Shown: positions 8,213 through 17,687 of the stretch, piece by piece
Numbering within the stretch: the stretch's first letter is position 1
How the letters are laid out: the number at the start of each line of letters is the position of its first letter
Source of the DNA: Gammaproteobacteria bacterium
Lineage (GTDB): Bacteria > Pseudomonadota > Gammaproteobacteria > Eutrophobiales > Eutrophobiaceae
Direction of reading: 5' to 3'
Assembly: GCA_965240365.1 (NCBI GenBank)
Contig: OZ251218.1
Location: 2,254,356-2,318,355 of the forward strand
Length of the DNA: 64,000 nucleotides
Translations under genes and position numbers: made by a program
Notes under the pieces: model-generated
What the model was told of the DNA's origin: nothing
Databases searched by the model: none
Seen by the model: only the letters and a program-made list of their open reading frames with translations

Positions 8213-10793
8213 GATTCCCCCCGGACGGATTCTGCCAGATTAAAAAGGCGGGCAGTACCAGCAGCGTGGCGATCATCATCGAAATCAGGCCGGTTGCGAG
8301 CAGCAGGCCCATACTGGCCGTGCCGAGGTGCGCCGAAAAGGCCAGATTGCCGATGCTGAATACGGTCGTCAGCGAACTGATGATCACGCCGCGCGTGGCG
8401 CTGGTGCTAAAGATATTGCGCTTGTGGCCCTGTTCCTGCCGAAAACGATCCGCGATATGGATCGCGCTATCGACGCCGATGCCGAGCAGCAACGGCAGGC
8501 CGATGATATTGGCGAAATTGAGCGGGATCTTAAACAGCAGGATAAGGCCGGCGGTAAAGAGCCCGCCGGTCAGGACGGTCAGCAGTATCAACACGGCGTC
8601 CCGCTTGACCCGGACCAGCAACAGCAGCAATAGCGTGATCGCGATCAAGGCGTAGCTGAACGCGGAGGTAAACGCCGCGATCACGGCCTCGCCGGCCTCG
8701 ACCCGGATAACGGGCAGGCCGGTCACGGCCGCGTCTTTTGCCTGTAGCTGCCGGACAAAACGCGCGATGGCCGGATTATCATTCAGGTCTTCCTTTGGTT
8801 GCAGTTGCAGTTTATAAACCCCGTCGCTGAGCCAGCGATCACGCGCATCGTCCGGCAGGCTGTCCAGAGTAACCGGCCCGGCCGCGAGCGCGTCATTCAG
8901 GCCGTCGATGCGCCCGTTCAGGTTGCCGAGCATCCGTTGTTCAATGTCCGGCAGCCGCTCAGGGGCGAGCAGGGCGCGGTTTAGATTGGCATACAGCCTG
9001 TCAAGCCGCGCGCCGCGGTTTTCCTGGCTGACAGTTTCAAGCCGCGCCAGGAATTGCCGGAGCGCCGCGGTCCGCGTTTCGTTGTTAATCCCGGGGCCTG
9101 CCGCCATCTCCAGCGGCCCCATAAACAGGTTCATGTCATCAATAATAAATAATTTTTCCTGCTGGTTTTGGGGGATCAGATCGGGCAGCCAGATCACATC
9201 GTCAACCAGTTCCAGCGCCGCAAATTCCTCTTTAGCCCGTTTGGCCTCGGGTATTGATTTTTTTAACAGCAGGCCGTGCCAGGGCGAGTTGTCAGGCTCG
9301 CTTAAAAGGTCTCTATAGGTTTGCACCGATTCATTTTCGGGGTCTTGTAGATTGAGCGGATTAAAATCAAAATTCAGCCGGTGTATCTGCGAAAGCGCCG
9401 CCGCGCCAAGCAGGGCGGCGACCAGCAGTATTTGTTTTGGATAGCGGTACGGTATGCGGCTCAGGCGGTCTGCCAGGGCGGCGATGCGCTGGTTGGCGGG
9501 GCGGGGTCGGCAGGGTTTCAGGCTTAACAGCGCCGGCAGCAACAGGAAGGTATAGAGCACGCTGATGAACATGCCGCTGCCGGCTATCCAGCCCAGTTCG
9601 GCCACGCCCTCATAGTCTGTCGGGATAAACGAGTAAAAGCCGATCGCCGTGGTCAGCGCGCATAAGGCCAGGGAGCGAAAGAGAGTGAGGCCGGCGGTCT
9701 TTAATGCGCCCTCCGGTCTTGCGCCGGATAAGATCTGTTCCCGGTAGCGCAGCGTCAGGTGAATGGCAAAATCAATGCCGAGGCCGATATACAATACCGC
9801 AAAGGCCACCGAGATCAGGTTCAGTTCGCCGACCGTGAGCGTGGCAAAGGCGGTGGTCGCAATCAGCCCCATTAATAATGTTATGAGACAGGCGCCGACC
9901 AGCCACCATGATCCCAGTCCGAGCAGCAACAGGCCGCTGACCAGTATGATCGAGGCGGCGATCGCCACGGTATTGGCCTTTGCCACACTTTGCAGTTCTT
10001 CATTGGCCAGCGCCACGCTGCCGGTCAGGCGGATATTCGTATTGCCGCGGTTCAGATCGAGCGCGGCGCCGGCCGCGCGTATCTGGCGGATAGCCTCGGC
10101 CCCCGGCAGGAAGCCGGCCCCCGGTTCCACTTCCAACAGGATGAATTCACGGTAAACCGCCTTTTGTGCGCTGTTGACAGCCATCAACCTTTGCCAGGAA
10201 ACGGGATAGCGCTCATCTTCCAGGCTGCGGTTCAACTCGGCCAGCAGGGCGTCAATGTCAATATCCTCGCCGGCCTCAATGGCCTGCAAGGCGTTGTCCA
10301 GCATGGCGAACAGGCCGCGCAGGTTATTATCCTGCAACAGCGCGCCGAGGAAGGGCTGAATCTGCGCGAGTTGATCTGCCAGGCTTTGCAGTTCTGTTTC
10401 CTCAAGAAACAAAAAGGCGGATTCACGGAAAAAAGGCAGCGCCGGCGGGTAATAAACCGATTTGATCCACTCCGGTTCGGAAGCCAGCGCCCGCGTCAGG
10501 CGCAGGGCGCTGTCGGCGGCCTCGTCCGGCGTGGCGGCTTCGACCACGACCAGGATGGTATTGACAAACTGCGGAAATAATCTTTCATATTCGATATCCA
10601 GTTTGCGCCAGTCCAGTTCCTCGGACAGCATATCGGCCGTATCGGCGCTCATGCCGAGGTTGTCTTTGATATAGAAGACAGCGCCGAGCGTCAGCGCGAT
10701 GACGCCGAGAATAATGGCAAGACGGCGCCGTTCCACGAACGTTATCCAGCCCGTAATGAATCGCTCCGGCCATGTCGGGGATGATGGGCGCAT
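8199..10793 (-). CDS. hpnN: MMPL/RND-superfamily exporter, HpnN-like (hopanoid transporter)
   Basis: 864 aa, 12 TM in two 6-TM bundles with large periplasmic loops; last gene of the sqs-shc-hpnG operon; gene symbol from context and size. Confidence 0.7.
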   Translation of the reverse strand: MRPSSPTWPERFITGWITFVERRRLAIILGVIALTLGAVFYIKDNLGMSADTADMLSEELDWRKLDIEYERLFPQFVNTILVVVEAATPDEAADSALRLTRALASEPEWIKSVYYPPALPFFRESAFLFLEETELQSLADQLAQIQPFLGALLQDNNLRGLFAMLDNALQAIEAGEDIDIDALLAELNRSLEDERYPVSWQRLMAVNSAQKAVYREFILLEVEPGAGFLPGAEAIRQIRAAGAALDLNRGNTNIRLTGSVALANEELQSVAKANTVAIAASIILVSGLLLLGLGSWWLVGACLITLLMGLIATTAFATLTVGELNLISVAFAVLYIGLGIDFAIHLTLRYREQILSGARPEGALKTAGLTLFRSLALCALTTAIGFYSFIPTDYEGVAELGWIAGSGMFISVLYTFLLLPALLSLKPCRPRPANQRIAALADRLSRIPYRYPKQILLVAALLGAAALSQIHRLNFDFNPLNLQDPENESVQTYRDLLSEPDNSPWHGLLLKKSIPEAKRAKEEFAALELVDDVIWLPDLIPQNQQEKLFIIDDMNLFMGPLEMAAGPGINNETRTAALRQFLARLETVSQENRGARLDRLYANLNRALLAPERLPDIEQRMLGNLNGRIDGLNDALAAGPVTLDSLPDDARDRWLSDGVYKLQLQPKEDLNDNPAIARFVRQLQAKDAAVTGLPVIRVEAGEAVIAAFTSAFSYALIAITLLLLLLVRVKRDAVLILLTVLTGGLFTAGLILLFKIPLNFANIIGLPLLLGIGVDSAIHIADRFRQEQGHKRNIFSTSATRGVIISSLTTVFSIGNLAFSAHLGTASMGLLLATGLISMMIATLLVLPAFLIWQNPSGGNHGRG

Positions 10794-10834
10794 TTGTTTA
10801 TTTGATGGCTTTATGGTGTTTCATTTGTGTCTGG

Positions 10835-10975
10835 CCGTTATCCTGGCCACGGTATCGTTAGTATTGTTCATAATATGCCTATCGCCCCCGTTGTCATTCC
10901 AGCGAAGGCTGGAATCCAGTGGTTTATGTCATACATTCCCGCCCAGGCGGGAATGACAATTCCCCCGCTATGTTA
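10835..10975. repeat. Palindromic repeat cluster
   Basis: ttgtcattccagcgaaggctggaatccagtggtttatgtcatacattcccgcccaggcgggaatgacaat. Confidence 0.6.
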
Positions 10976-10979
10976 GTAA

Positions 10980-11339
10980 TTAGATGAGGTGACCCTGGCC
11001 CTCATAAATCTGCCTCTTTGTAAACAGCGCTTTGGCCACAAAGTCAATATGTCTTTTTAACGGCGGATAGCTGATGTGTTCATACAGGGTGATATCGACC
11101 TTGTGCGGAATCATGCTTTCCAGAAAGCAGGTATAGAGGCGATCGCCGTCCCGTTCGCTGATGTTGCCGTAGAGCACCAGATCAATATCGGAGACGCGCG
11201 TAAATGTCCCGGTCGCCCGGGAGCCAAACAGCCCCACTCGTTCTATGGCGGCGCAGTTGTCTCTTAAGATATCCCTTATGCTTTGCAGATATTGCTTTGC
11301 AGATATTGCGGTTTTATGCCGTGCTTCATTCCGCTTCAT
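10980..11339 (-). CDS. Minimal nucleotidyltransferase (MNT/MntA-type antitoxin of HEPN/MNT module)
   Basis: GS-x9-13-D-x-D signature (LFGSRATGTFTRVSDIDLVL); 119 aa; overlaps upstream HEPN gene by 14 bp. Confidence 0.75.
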   Translation of the reverse strand: MKRNEARHKTAISAKQYLQSIRDILRDNCAAIERVGLFGSRATGTFTRVSDIDLVLYGNISERDGDRLYTCFLESMIPHKVDITLYEHISYPPLKRHIDFVAKALFTKRQIYEGQGHLI

Positions 11340-11757
11340 CCATGATCCTTACGGCCAGTGTTTCATACAGGGCGCCAAAACACCCATCAATATAAAGGCG
11401 GCTGATTCGATCTATAACCTGTTCAAATTTTTTGAAATCATAGGTATGACTCATTTTGTTGCGGTCATCCAGGGCCTCCAGCCAGATATCGGGCCGGTCG
11501 ATCAATCTGGCGTTGCCCGCTTCCCTGATCACGGTGCTTGGAAACACCTCCGGAAATACGAAATGCTCATATTCCATATAATCCTTTATGGTCTTCCAGG
11601 CCAGTTCCATGCAAAATTCAAAACGCTGGATCATGCCCTCTTTGGCGATTTGTTCCAGTTCTTCCTGCCGTTGCCGGTCGCATATTTCCCGCAACAATAC
11701 ATAAGCGCGCCTGTAATTATCAAAGCGATATTGCCACCTCGGTTTTTGCTTCATCAT
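11326..11757 (-). CDS. HEPN-domain protein, HI0074/HepT-like nucleotidyltransferase substrate-binding protein (toxin of HEPN/MNT pair)
   Basis: RFEFCMELAWKTIKDYM and C-terminal region match HI0074-family HEPN; 143 aa; paired with the MNT gene. Confidence 0.7.
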   Translation of the reverse strand: MMKQKPRWQYRFDNYRRAYVLLREICDRQRQEELEQIAKEGMIQRFEFCMELAWKTIKDYMEYEHFVFPEVFPSTVIREAGNARLIDRPDIWLEALDDRNKMSHTYDFKKFEQVIDRISRLYIDGCFGALYETLAVRIMDEAE

Positions 11758-11774
11758 TTTCTCCTTCCGACAGA

Positions 11775-12551
11775 TTAATGCCTTTGGTCCGTATCATCAT
11801 AAAGAAAATGCCGTGTTTTTAAATCCGCCGCAATGATTTTTAGCGCGTGTATGGCCTTGCGGTAGCGGTTTGCCAGGGTGATCAGGGCGGCTATCTGGCC
11901 CGGTTGTCTTAGCACTGAAACGAGAAAGCCGGGCAGGCGCGGCCGGCCCAGGTTGTCGGTGTGTTCGGTGACCGCGGCGGGGAGGGTGTCATCAAGCGTG
12001 TCCGCGATCGCGCGCACGACCAGCAGATCGAGTTTGTGTCGCCGCGCCTCGGCCGCGAGCGCGGCGCTTTCCATGTCAACCGCGCTGGCCCCCGTGGTTT
12101 CTGCCAGCGCGCGTTTTTGCGCCGGGCCGCGGCAGATTTGATCGACCGAGGCCAGCGGCGCGGCGCGGGCATTGTGCCCCCGGCGGCGCAGCATTTGCAG
12201 CACCCGGTCGCGCCAGTGATGGCGCGGGTCATAGCTGATCTCCGCGCCGGCAATACGGCTGGCGACCAGCAGATCGCCCGGCCCGAGGCCGCGCCTGATG
12301 GCACCGGCCACGCCCCAACTGACCAGCGCCCCGATGTTAAGCGCGCGGAGCTGGCCCGCGCTCTTGAGCGCCGCCCGCTGACCCGCGCCGCTCAGACATA
12401 AAAACAGGTTTTTTTCAATTTCTACAGGGCGGGCAATGGACAGTTTTCCGGCATGGAGGCAGCTTGCCTCGGCAGGGAGCGCGGCAATGACGCCGAGCCT
12501 GGGGTTCAAGCCTGTTCTGCGAGCCGGTTGCGGTAGCGGGCCAGCGCCCAT
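11775..12551 (-). CDS. hpnG: Purine-nucleoside phosphorylase / MTA-SAH nucleosidase family protein, HpnG-like (adenosylhopane nucleosidase)
   Basis: PNP_UDP_1-fold motifs (GVIAALPAEA, SGAG, ASAVDMESAALA); directly downstream of shc. Start uncertain: ATG 12551 overlaps shc by 46 bp, or TTG at 12509 in a TTGA overlap with the shc stop. Confidence 0.6.
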   Translation of the reverse strand: MGAGPLPQPARRTGLNPRLGVIAALPAEASCLHAGKLSIARPVEIEKNLFLCLSGAGQRAALKSAGQLRALNIGALVSWGVAGAIRRGLGPGDLLVASRIAGAEISYDPRHHWRDRVLQMLRRRGHNARAAPLASVDQICRGPAQKRALAETTGASAVDMESAALAAEARRHKLDLLVVRAIADTLDDTLPAAVTEHTDNLGRPRLPGFLVSVLRQPGQIAALITLANRYRKAIHALKIIAADLKTRHFLYDDTDQRH

Positions 12552-14449
12552 AGCGGAAAATATTTGCTATAGCCGTGATATTTCAAATAGAAGACCCGCG
12601 GGAAACCGGGCGCGGTATAAACCGCGTCATACCAGTGGCCATCGGGCAGTTGGGTGTCGAGCAGATAGTTGACGCCCTTGCGGATGGTCTCCGTGTCAGG
12701 GCCGTCCACGGCCAACAGCCCCAGCAATGCCCAGGCCGTCTGGAAGGCCGTGCTTTGAAACGGCCGGGGGTGCCGGGGCGGATAATAGCTGTCGTTGCTT
12801 TCGCCCCAGCCGCCATCGGCGTTTTGCATGTCCTGCAAATAGGCGACGGCGCGGCGGATATAGTCCTGCTCCGGCGCTTCTCCGGCAATCTCCAGCGCGG
12901 ACAGGACCGACCAGGCGCCATAGATATAGTTGGTCCCCCAACGGCCAAACCAGGAGCCGTCTTCCTCCTGTTTTTCCTTGAGATAATGGATCGCCCGCTG
13001 GATATGGGCCGCATATTTCTCCTTGTCGGCCAGACTCAAGAGGGCAATCACGCGGCCGGTCACATCGGCAGTGGGCGGGTCCAGCAGGGCGCCATGATCG
13101 GCAAAGGGGATGGCGTTTAGATAGTATTGGGTATTGTTGACCTCGAATGAGCCAAAACCGCCGCCACTGGACTGCATACCGGCCACCCAGTTGGCCGCGC
13201 GCCGGATGGATTCGGCGTAGCGCGGCTGGTCGGCGCGCTGCATGGCCCAGGCCACCATCGAGGTGTCATCCAGGTCCGGGTAGTAATAGTTGCTGTATTG
13301 AAAGGCCCAGCCGCCGCCGTCCAGACCGGGCCTGGCGATGCGCCAGTCGCCCGGTTCATCGGCCAGTTGTCTGTCTTTCAGCCAGTCGAGCGCCTGCTCG
13401 ACCGCGGCGCTGTCGCCGGTTTCGATCAGCGCCTGGCTGGCCAGGCAGGTATCCCAGACCGGCGAGACGCAGGGCTGCACGTATTGACTGTTACCGCGCC
13501 GGCAGAGCAGGGCGTCAATGGCCCGGCGGGCCTTGCGGCGCACGGGGTGCTCTTTGGCATAGCCCCGGATGACCAGCGATTCAAACACGTTGACCATGGC
13601 CGGGAAGATGCCGCCGATGCCGTGTTCTTCATTCATCCTGGCAAGAAACCATTGTTCGCACTTGCGGATGGAGTACTGGCGCACGAATTTGGGCACCAGT
13701 TTTTCCAGCAGGCGGCCGGCATGGTCAAGCGTCAAAAACACGCGGCTGAGCGCCGTGGTCACCTTGAAATAGTGCTGCTCATCCTCCGGCGGGGTAATAA
13801 AAAGCTCGCGGATGTCTATCCCGCGCGGGTTGGCGGCCTCCGGCTTCATCGTGCAGAGGATGAATAACGGCACCATCACGGTGCGGGACCAATACGAGAC
13901 CTTGTCGATATGAAACGGGAACCACTTCGGCAGGATGATGACCTCGGCCGGGATAAAGGGCGTGGCCCGCCAGGGCACCTGACCGAACAGGGCCATGGTA
14001 ATGCGCGTGAACACATTGCAGTGGGCCGCGCCGCCATGATTCAGGATCAGGTTTCTGGCGCGCGCCATGTGTTCCGCATGGGCATCGTCGCCCACCAGCT
14101 TGAGGGCGTAGTAGGCCTTGACGGAGCAGCTTATATCAAAATCCCCGCCGCTATAAAGCGTCCAGCCGCCTTCCTCGGTCTGCCGGTCACGCAGATAGCA
14201 GGCAATTTCCTGCTCGGTCTGGTCATCGACCTCGCCGGCGAAGTGATTCATTAATATATATTCCGCCGGGATGGTGCAGTCCGCCTCCAGTTCATAGACC
14301 CAGTGACCGTCTTCATGCTGCTCGGTCAGCAGTTGCCCGCGCGCGGCCCGGATCGCGTCTTCCAGGCTGGGCCTCGACCTGGGCGCCGTGACCGGGGCAA
14401 GGGCCTCGGCGGGTTCGGTCTCGGCGACGGGTTGAATATGGAGCGTCAT
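12506..14449 (-). CDS. shc: Squalene-hopene cyclase
   Basis: DxDDTA motif (YYPDLDDTSMV), multiple QW repeats, GGWGE; about 647 aa from ATG 14449 (upstream TTG at 14491 possible). Confidence 0.9.
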   Translation of the reverse strand: MTLHIQPVAETEPAEALAPVTAPRSRPSLEDAIRAARGQLLTEQHEDGHWVYELEADCTIPAEYILMNHFAGEVDDQTEQEIACYLRDRQTEEGGWTLYSGGDFDISCSVKAYYALKLVGDDAHAEHMARARNLILNHGGAAHCNVFTRITMALFGQVPWRATPFIPAEVIILPKWFPFHIDKVSYWSRTVMVPLFILCTMKPEAANPRGIDIRELFITPPEDEQHYFKVTTALSRVFLTLDHAGRLLEKLVPKFVRQYSIRKCEQWFLARMNEEHGIGGIFPAMVNVFESLVIRGYAKEHPVRRKARRAIDALLCRRGNSQYVQPCVSPVWDTCLASQALIETGDSAAVEQALDWLKDRQLADEPGDWRIARPGLDGGGWAFQYSNYYYPDLDDTSMVAWAMQRADQPRYAESIRRAANWVAGMQSSGGGFGSFEVNNTQYYLNAIPFADHGALLDPPTADVTGRVIALLSLADKEKYAAHIQRAIHYLKEKQEEDGSWFGRWGTNYIYGAWSVLSALEIAGEAPEQDYIRRAVAYLQDMQNADGGWGESNDSYYPPRHPRPFQSTAFQTAWALLGLLAVDGPDTETIRKGVNYLLDTQLPDGHWYDAVYTAPGFPRVFYLKYHGYSKYFPLWALARYRNRLAEQA

Positions 14450-14525
14450 CGACAGAAGGCTTGCGGGTCGTTTTTGCCTGAGGCGGCACAAAATGACGCG
14501 CCGGCATGGTCTTTATGGTTATTAT

Positions 14526-15635
14526 TCATTGAGATAGTTTCCCCGTGGCGCCCTGACTACTGGCAAGCGCCGAATTTTCACTTAGTGTCTCACGAATGGC
14601 GGCCATAGGCAAATGTCTGCCCAGAAATCGGAACAGATAATGCAGCATCCGATCCCGGCCGGCCAGCAGGCCAGTTAAAACCACGATCAGCCTCACGCTG
14701 CGGCGGCTGATCTTGACCTGCCGGCCCCGGCTGAAATTCGGATTTTGCCGAATCTTGTCCAATGTCATTACCGCCATGCCCGCGGCCCACAAACAAAAGC
14801 GGCGCAGGCCCTTTTCCTCGGGCGGGATCATCAGGCTATAACGCAGGGCGTTGTCGATATGCCGGTGAGCGATGCCCAGTAATTCTGTCAGGGCCGCCTC
14901 AAAGCCGGGCGCGTTTTGGCCGGGGATTTTTTTGGTAATATCGACCCGGTGTTTATTAAAGACATCCCGCGGCAGCCAGCAGGCGCCGCGTTCGTGATCT
15001 TCCCAAATATCCTTGAGGATATTGGTCATCTGCAAGCCCTGCCCAAAGGAAACGCCAAGTTGCATCAAGGTCGCCCGGTGTTGGTCAAGCGTCGGCGAAT
15101 AGTCACAGAAGAGTTCGGTCAACATCTCGCCCACGACCCCCGCGACGTGATAACAATAGCGCCCCAGATCCTCCAGATCGGCCACGCCGTCCAGCGTCTC
15201 GGCCTCCTGATAGTGCGCCATGCCGGCCGCCATGATCGAGACGCAGCGCGCCAGCGCGGCCCGCTGGCGCGGATTAAAGCCGCGGGTAATGCGGATCACC
15301 GCCGCGATATTGGCGATCAGGTCGTGCTCGGCCTTGCTGGCCGCGGCCGACAGCCGGGGGAAAAGCGCCGCCGAGAAACGGTCCGGATCCAGTTCGCCCT
15401 CGACCACCTTGACGAAGCGTTCGGCATAGTCACGCTTGGCTTCGGCAGACAGGGTCTTGTCATCTTCTATGGTGTCGGCAATACGGCACAGCAGATAGGC
15501 ATTTCCCACGACCCGGCAGAGCGGCGCCGGCAGTTCGGGGATCGTCAGGGCAAAGGTCCGCGACACATGCTGCAAAATCTCATCCTGATAGGCATCGTCA
15601 TCAAGCCGGGTCTGAAAGGCGGTCCTGGGTTTCAT
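14526..15635 (-). CDS. Squalene/phytoene synthase family enzyme (squalene synthase, HpnC/HpnD/Sqs type)
   Basis: Trans-IPPS head-to-head motifs (RIADTIEDD, YCYHVAGVVG); adjacent to shc. ORF-track start at 15746 extends into a repeat element; ATG at 15635 gives about 369 aa. Confidence 0.8.
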   Translation of the reverse strand: MKPRTAFQTRLDDDAYQDEILQHVSRTFALTIPELPAPLCRVVGNAYLLCRIADTIEDDKTLSAEAKRDYAERFVKVVEGELDPDRFSAALFPRLSAAASKAEHDLIANIAAVIRITRGFNPRQRAALARCVSIMAAGMAHYQEAETLDGVADLEDLGRYCYHVAGVVGEMLTELFCDYSPTLDQHRATLMQLGVSFGQGLQMTNILKDIWEDHERGACWLPRDVFNKHRVDITKKIPGQNAPGFEAALTELLGIAHRHIDNALRYSLMIPPEEKGLRRFCLWAAGMAVMTLDKIRQNPNFSRGRQVKISRRSVRLIVVLTGLLAGRDRMLHYLFRFLGRHLPMAAIRETLSENSALASSQGATGKLSQ

Positions 15636-15744
15636 CGTGATGTTGTCTTTGTTTTTATCATGGCGATTAAATGGTTTGCCCGAGGCAGTTAAGCAAAAGC
15701 CGGGCAACGCAGGCATTGTCTTGATGTGTCCGCCCCCCGTGGTC

Positions 15745-15960
15745 ATTCCCGCTTGAGCGTTAATGTATCATAATAAACCATTGGATTCCGACTGTTGTCC
15801 GGATTCAATACTTATTGAGACAAATTAGACAGGCAGGTTAAACAGATTATGTGTGGTTTTGGTTGGTCCTGTTGCTGGCGGGCGGGAATGATGTGAAGCC
15901 AAAACAACACCCCATCGTCATTCCGGCTTTCGCCGTAATGACGGCACAGCGTATCCATCC
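15745..15960. repeat. Palindromic repeat cluster
   Basis: gtcattcccgcttgagcgttaatg, ggcgggaatgatgtgaagccaaaacaacaccccatcgtcattccggctttcgccgtaatgacgg. Confidence 0.55.
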
Positions 15961-16047
15961 TCTGCACCGCTGTTTTCAAAACTGTTTTTGCAATAATATT
16001 TCTGACCGGCTAATATACTGCGGGTTTTGACAATTTCGAGAGCGGTT

Positions 16048-16248
16048 ATGCAGACAGAGTCTTTCCCATCCCCCGAGCTACTCGGCCAGTTTCGCCGGTT
16101 TGGCGAACTCGGGCCTGCCTATAAGATATTAATGCCCATTCGCCCTGTTGATAACAATGACTGGCTGCTCCTTATTCAGTTGACTGAAACCGGCGAAGAG
16201 ATTGAATATCGCTATTCCCGCCTTGCAAAAGATCCGATAGCCTGCTGA
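16048..16248 (+). CDS. Small hypothetical protein (66 aa)
   Basis: ORF only; ATG at 16048 within a TTG-initiated ORF; no recognisable motif. Confidence 0.3.
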   Translation: MQTESFPSPELLGQFRRFGELGPAYKILMPIRPVDNNDWLLLIQLTETGEEIEYRYSRLAKDPIAC

Positions 16249-16333
16249 TGTTTGCCAAGCACAAAATCCTGGATTCGTAGAAAAAAGACTTAAACCGGGC
16301 TATATCAATCCCGAAAAATATTTACGTATGTAA

Positions 16334-17278
16334 ATGCAAAAAGATTCACGAATTTATGTCGCGGGCCATACCGGTTTGGTGGGCAGCGCGATATGCCGCT
16401 ATCTGCACAAGCATAAATTCACTAACCTCATTGTCCGCTCCCATGCCGAACTCGACTTGATGGCGCAAACCGAGGTCGAGCGGTTTTTTGAAGCAACAAG
16501 GCCGGAATATGTGTTTGACGCTGCGGCGGTGGTGGGGGGCATCCAGGCCAATGCGGCCAGGCCGGTTGAGTTTCTGCGTGATAATCTGTTAATACAGACC
16601 CATCTTATTGATACGGCCTGTAAATATGAGGCAAAAAAACTGGCCTTTCTGGGCTCCACCTGCATCTATCCGCGTGATTGCCCGCAGCCGATAAAAGAGG
16701 AATATCTGCTCACGGGCCCGCTGGAAGAAACTAATCAGTGGTATGCGATAGCCAAGATTGCGGGGCTCAAACTTTGTCAGGCCTACCAAAGACAATACGG
16801 CTTTAATGCCATCGCGTTGATGCCGACCAATCTCTACGGGCCGGGCGATAATTTCAGCCTGCCCGGTTCGCATGTCCTGCCGGCCTTGATCAGAAAATTC
16901 CATGAGGCCAGGCTCAGGCAGGCCGAAACGGTGGAAGTCTGGGGCTCCGGGCGGCCCTGCCGGGAATTTCTGTATGTTGACGACCTGGCCGAGGCGGCCG
17001 TCTTTCTCATGCGGAATTATAATGATCCCTCGATCATCAATATCGGCGTGGGCAAAGACATCAGTATTATGGCGCTGGCCGATTTAATAAAAAACACGGT
17101 GGGCTATAAAGGCGACATTGTCTTTAATACCGGCCAGCCGGATGGCACACCCAGAAAGCTGTGCGATGTAAGCAGGCTGAGGCAACTGGGCTGGCAAAGC
17201 AGCACGTCACTGCGCCGGGGTATTGAGTTGACTTATGCCTGGTTTTGCAGGCATTATGGTAAGGAAGCTCTGATTTAA
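16334..17278 (+). CDS. fcl: GDP-L-fucose synthase (GDP-4-keto-6-deoxy-D-mannose 3,5-epimerase/4-reductase)
   Basis: IYVAGHTGLVGSAI Rossmann start, NLYGPGDNF, SHVLPALIRKFHEA; 314 aa. Confidence 0.85.
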   Translation: MQKDSRIYVAGHTGLVGSAICRYLHKHKFTNLIVRSHAELDLMAQTEVERFFEATRPEYVFDAAAVVGGIQANAARPVEFLRDNLLIQTHLIDTACKYEAKKLAFLGSTCIYPRDCPQPIKEEYLLTGPLEETNQWYAIAKIAGLKLCQAYQRQYGFNAIALMPTNLYGPGDNFSLPGSHVLPALIRKFHEARLRQAETVEVWGSGRPCREFLYVDDLAEAAVFLMRNYNDPSIINIGVGKDISIMALADLIKNTVGYKGDIVFNTGQPDGTPRKLCDVSRLRQLGWQSSTSLRRGIELTYAWFCRHYGKEALI

Positions 17279-17462
17279 TCAGAGTTTTATGCGGCATAGG
17301 GACCTGCCTGCTGCAGGCAGGTGTGCCGCCCCAAATCAATAACCTGGCATTGACGTCAGTCATTGATTTTGAAGCCCTGCCTGCTACAGGCAGGAGGGTG
17401 AAAATGCAATTTTCACCCCGCGTGCTCTGGGAAGTTCAGGATGGACTTATTCAGAGTTGCCT
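17263..17462. mobile_element. MITE family B copy (diverged, about 200 bp); its first 16 bp supply the last codons and stop of fcl
   Basis: Terminal palindrome ggaagctctgatttaatcagag..., internal aggtgaaaatgcaattttcacc and ctgcctgctgcaggcagg modules, ends ...ggatggacttattcagagttgcc; homologous to 26030-26202, 50937-51086, 60066-60214. Confidence 0.6.
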
Positions 17463-17687
17463 TAAGGACTCCGGCTCCGATCCGGCGTGTCTGCCTGTGG
17501 CAGGCCCGCCGGAATAATGTAAAACAGGAAGCCCGGAAACCGTTATCTGTGAAGACGCCTGCGAGGGGCAGGCGAGGCAATCTCAAATAACTCATTAGTA
17601 TTTTTTACCGGGCTGACATGCTATACAGCTTCACACGCACAATCTCGCTGGCGGGATGCCCGTCGGCTTTAACCGGAACTGCGTCAG

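Noticed and set aside
8266-10580. Several 100-200-aa plus-strand ORFs inside the hpnN-like gene
   Set aside because: Antisense shadows within a long, well-supported membrane transporter gene
14916-15692. 258-aa plus-strand ORF inside the squalene synthase gene
   Set aside because: Antisense shadow; the minus-strand product has DxxxD trans-IPPS motifs
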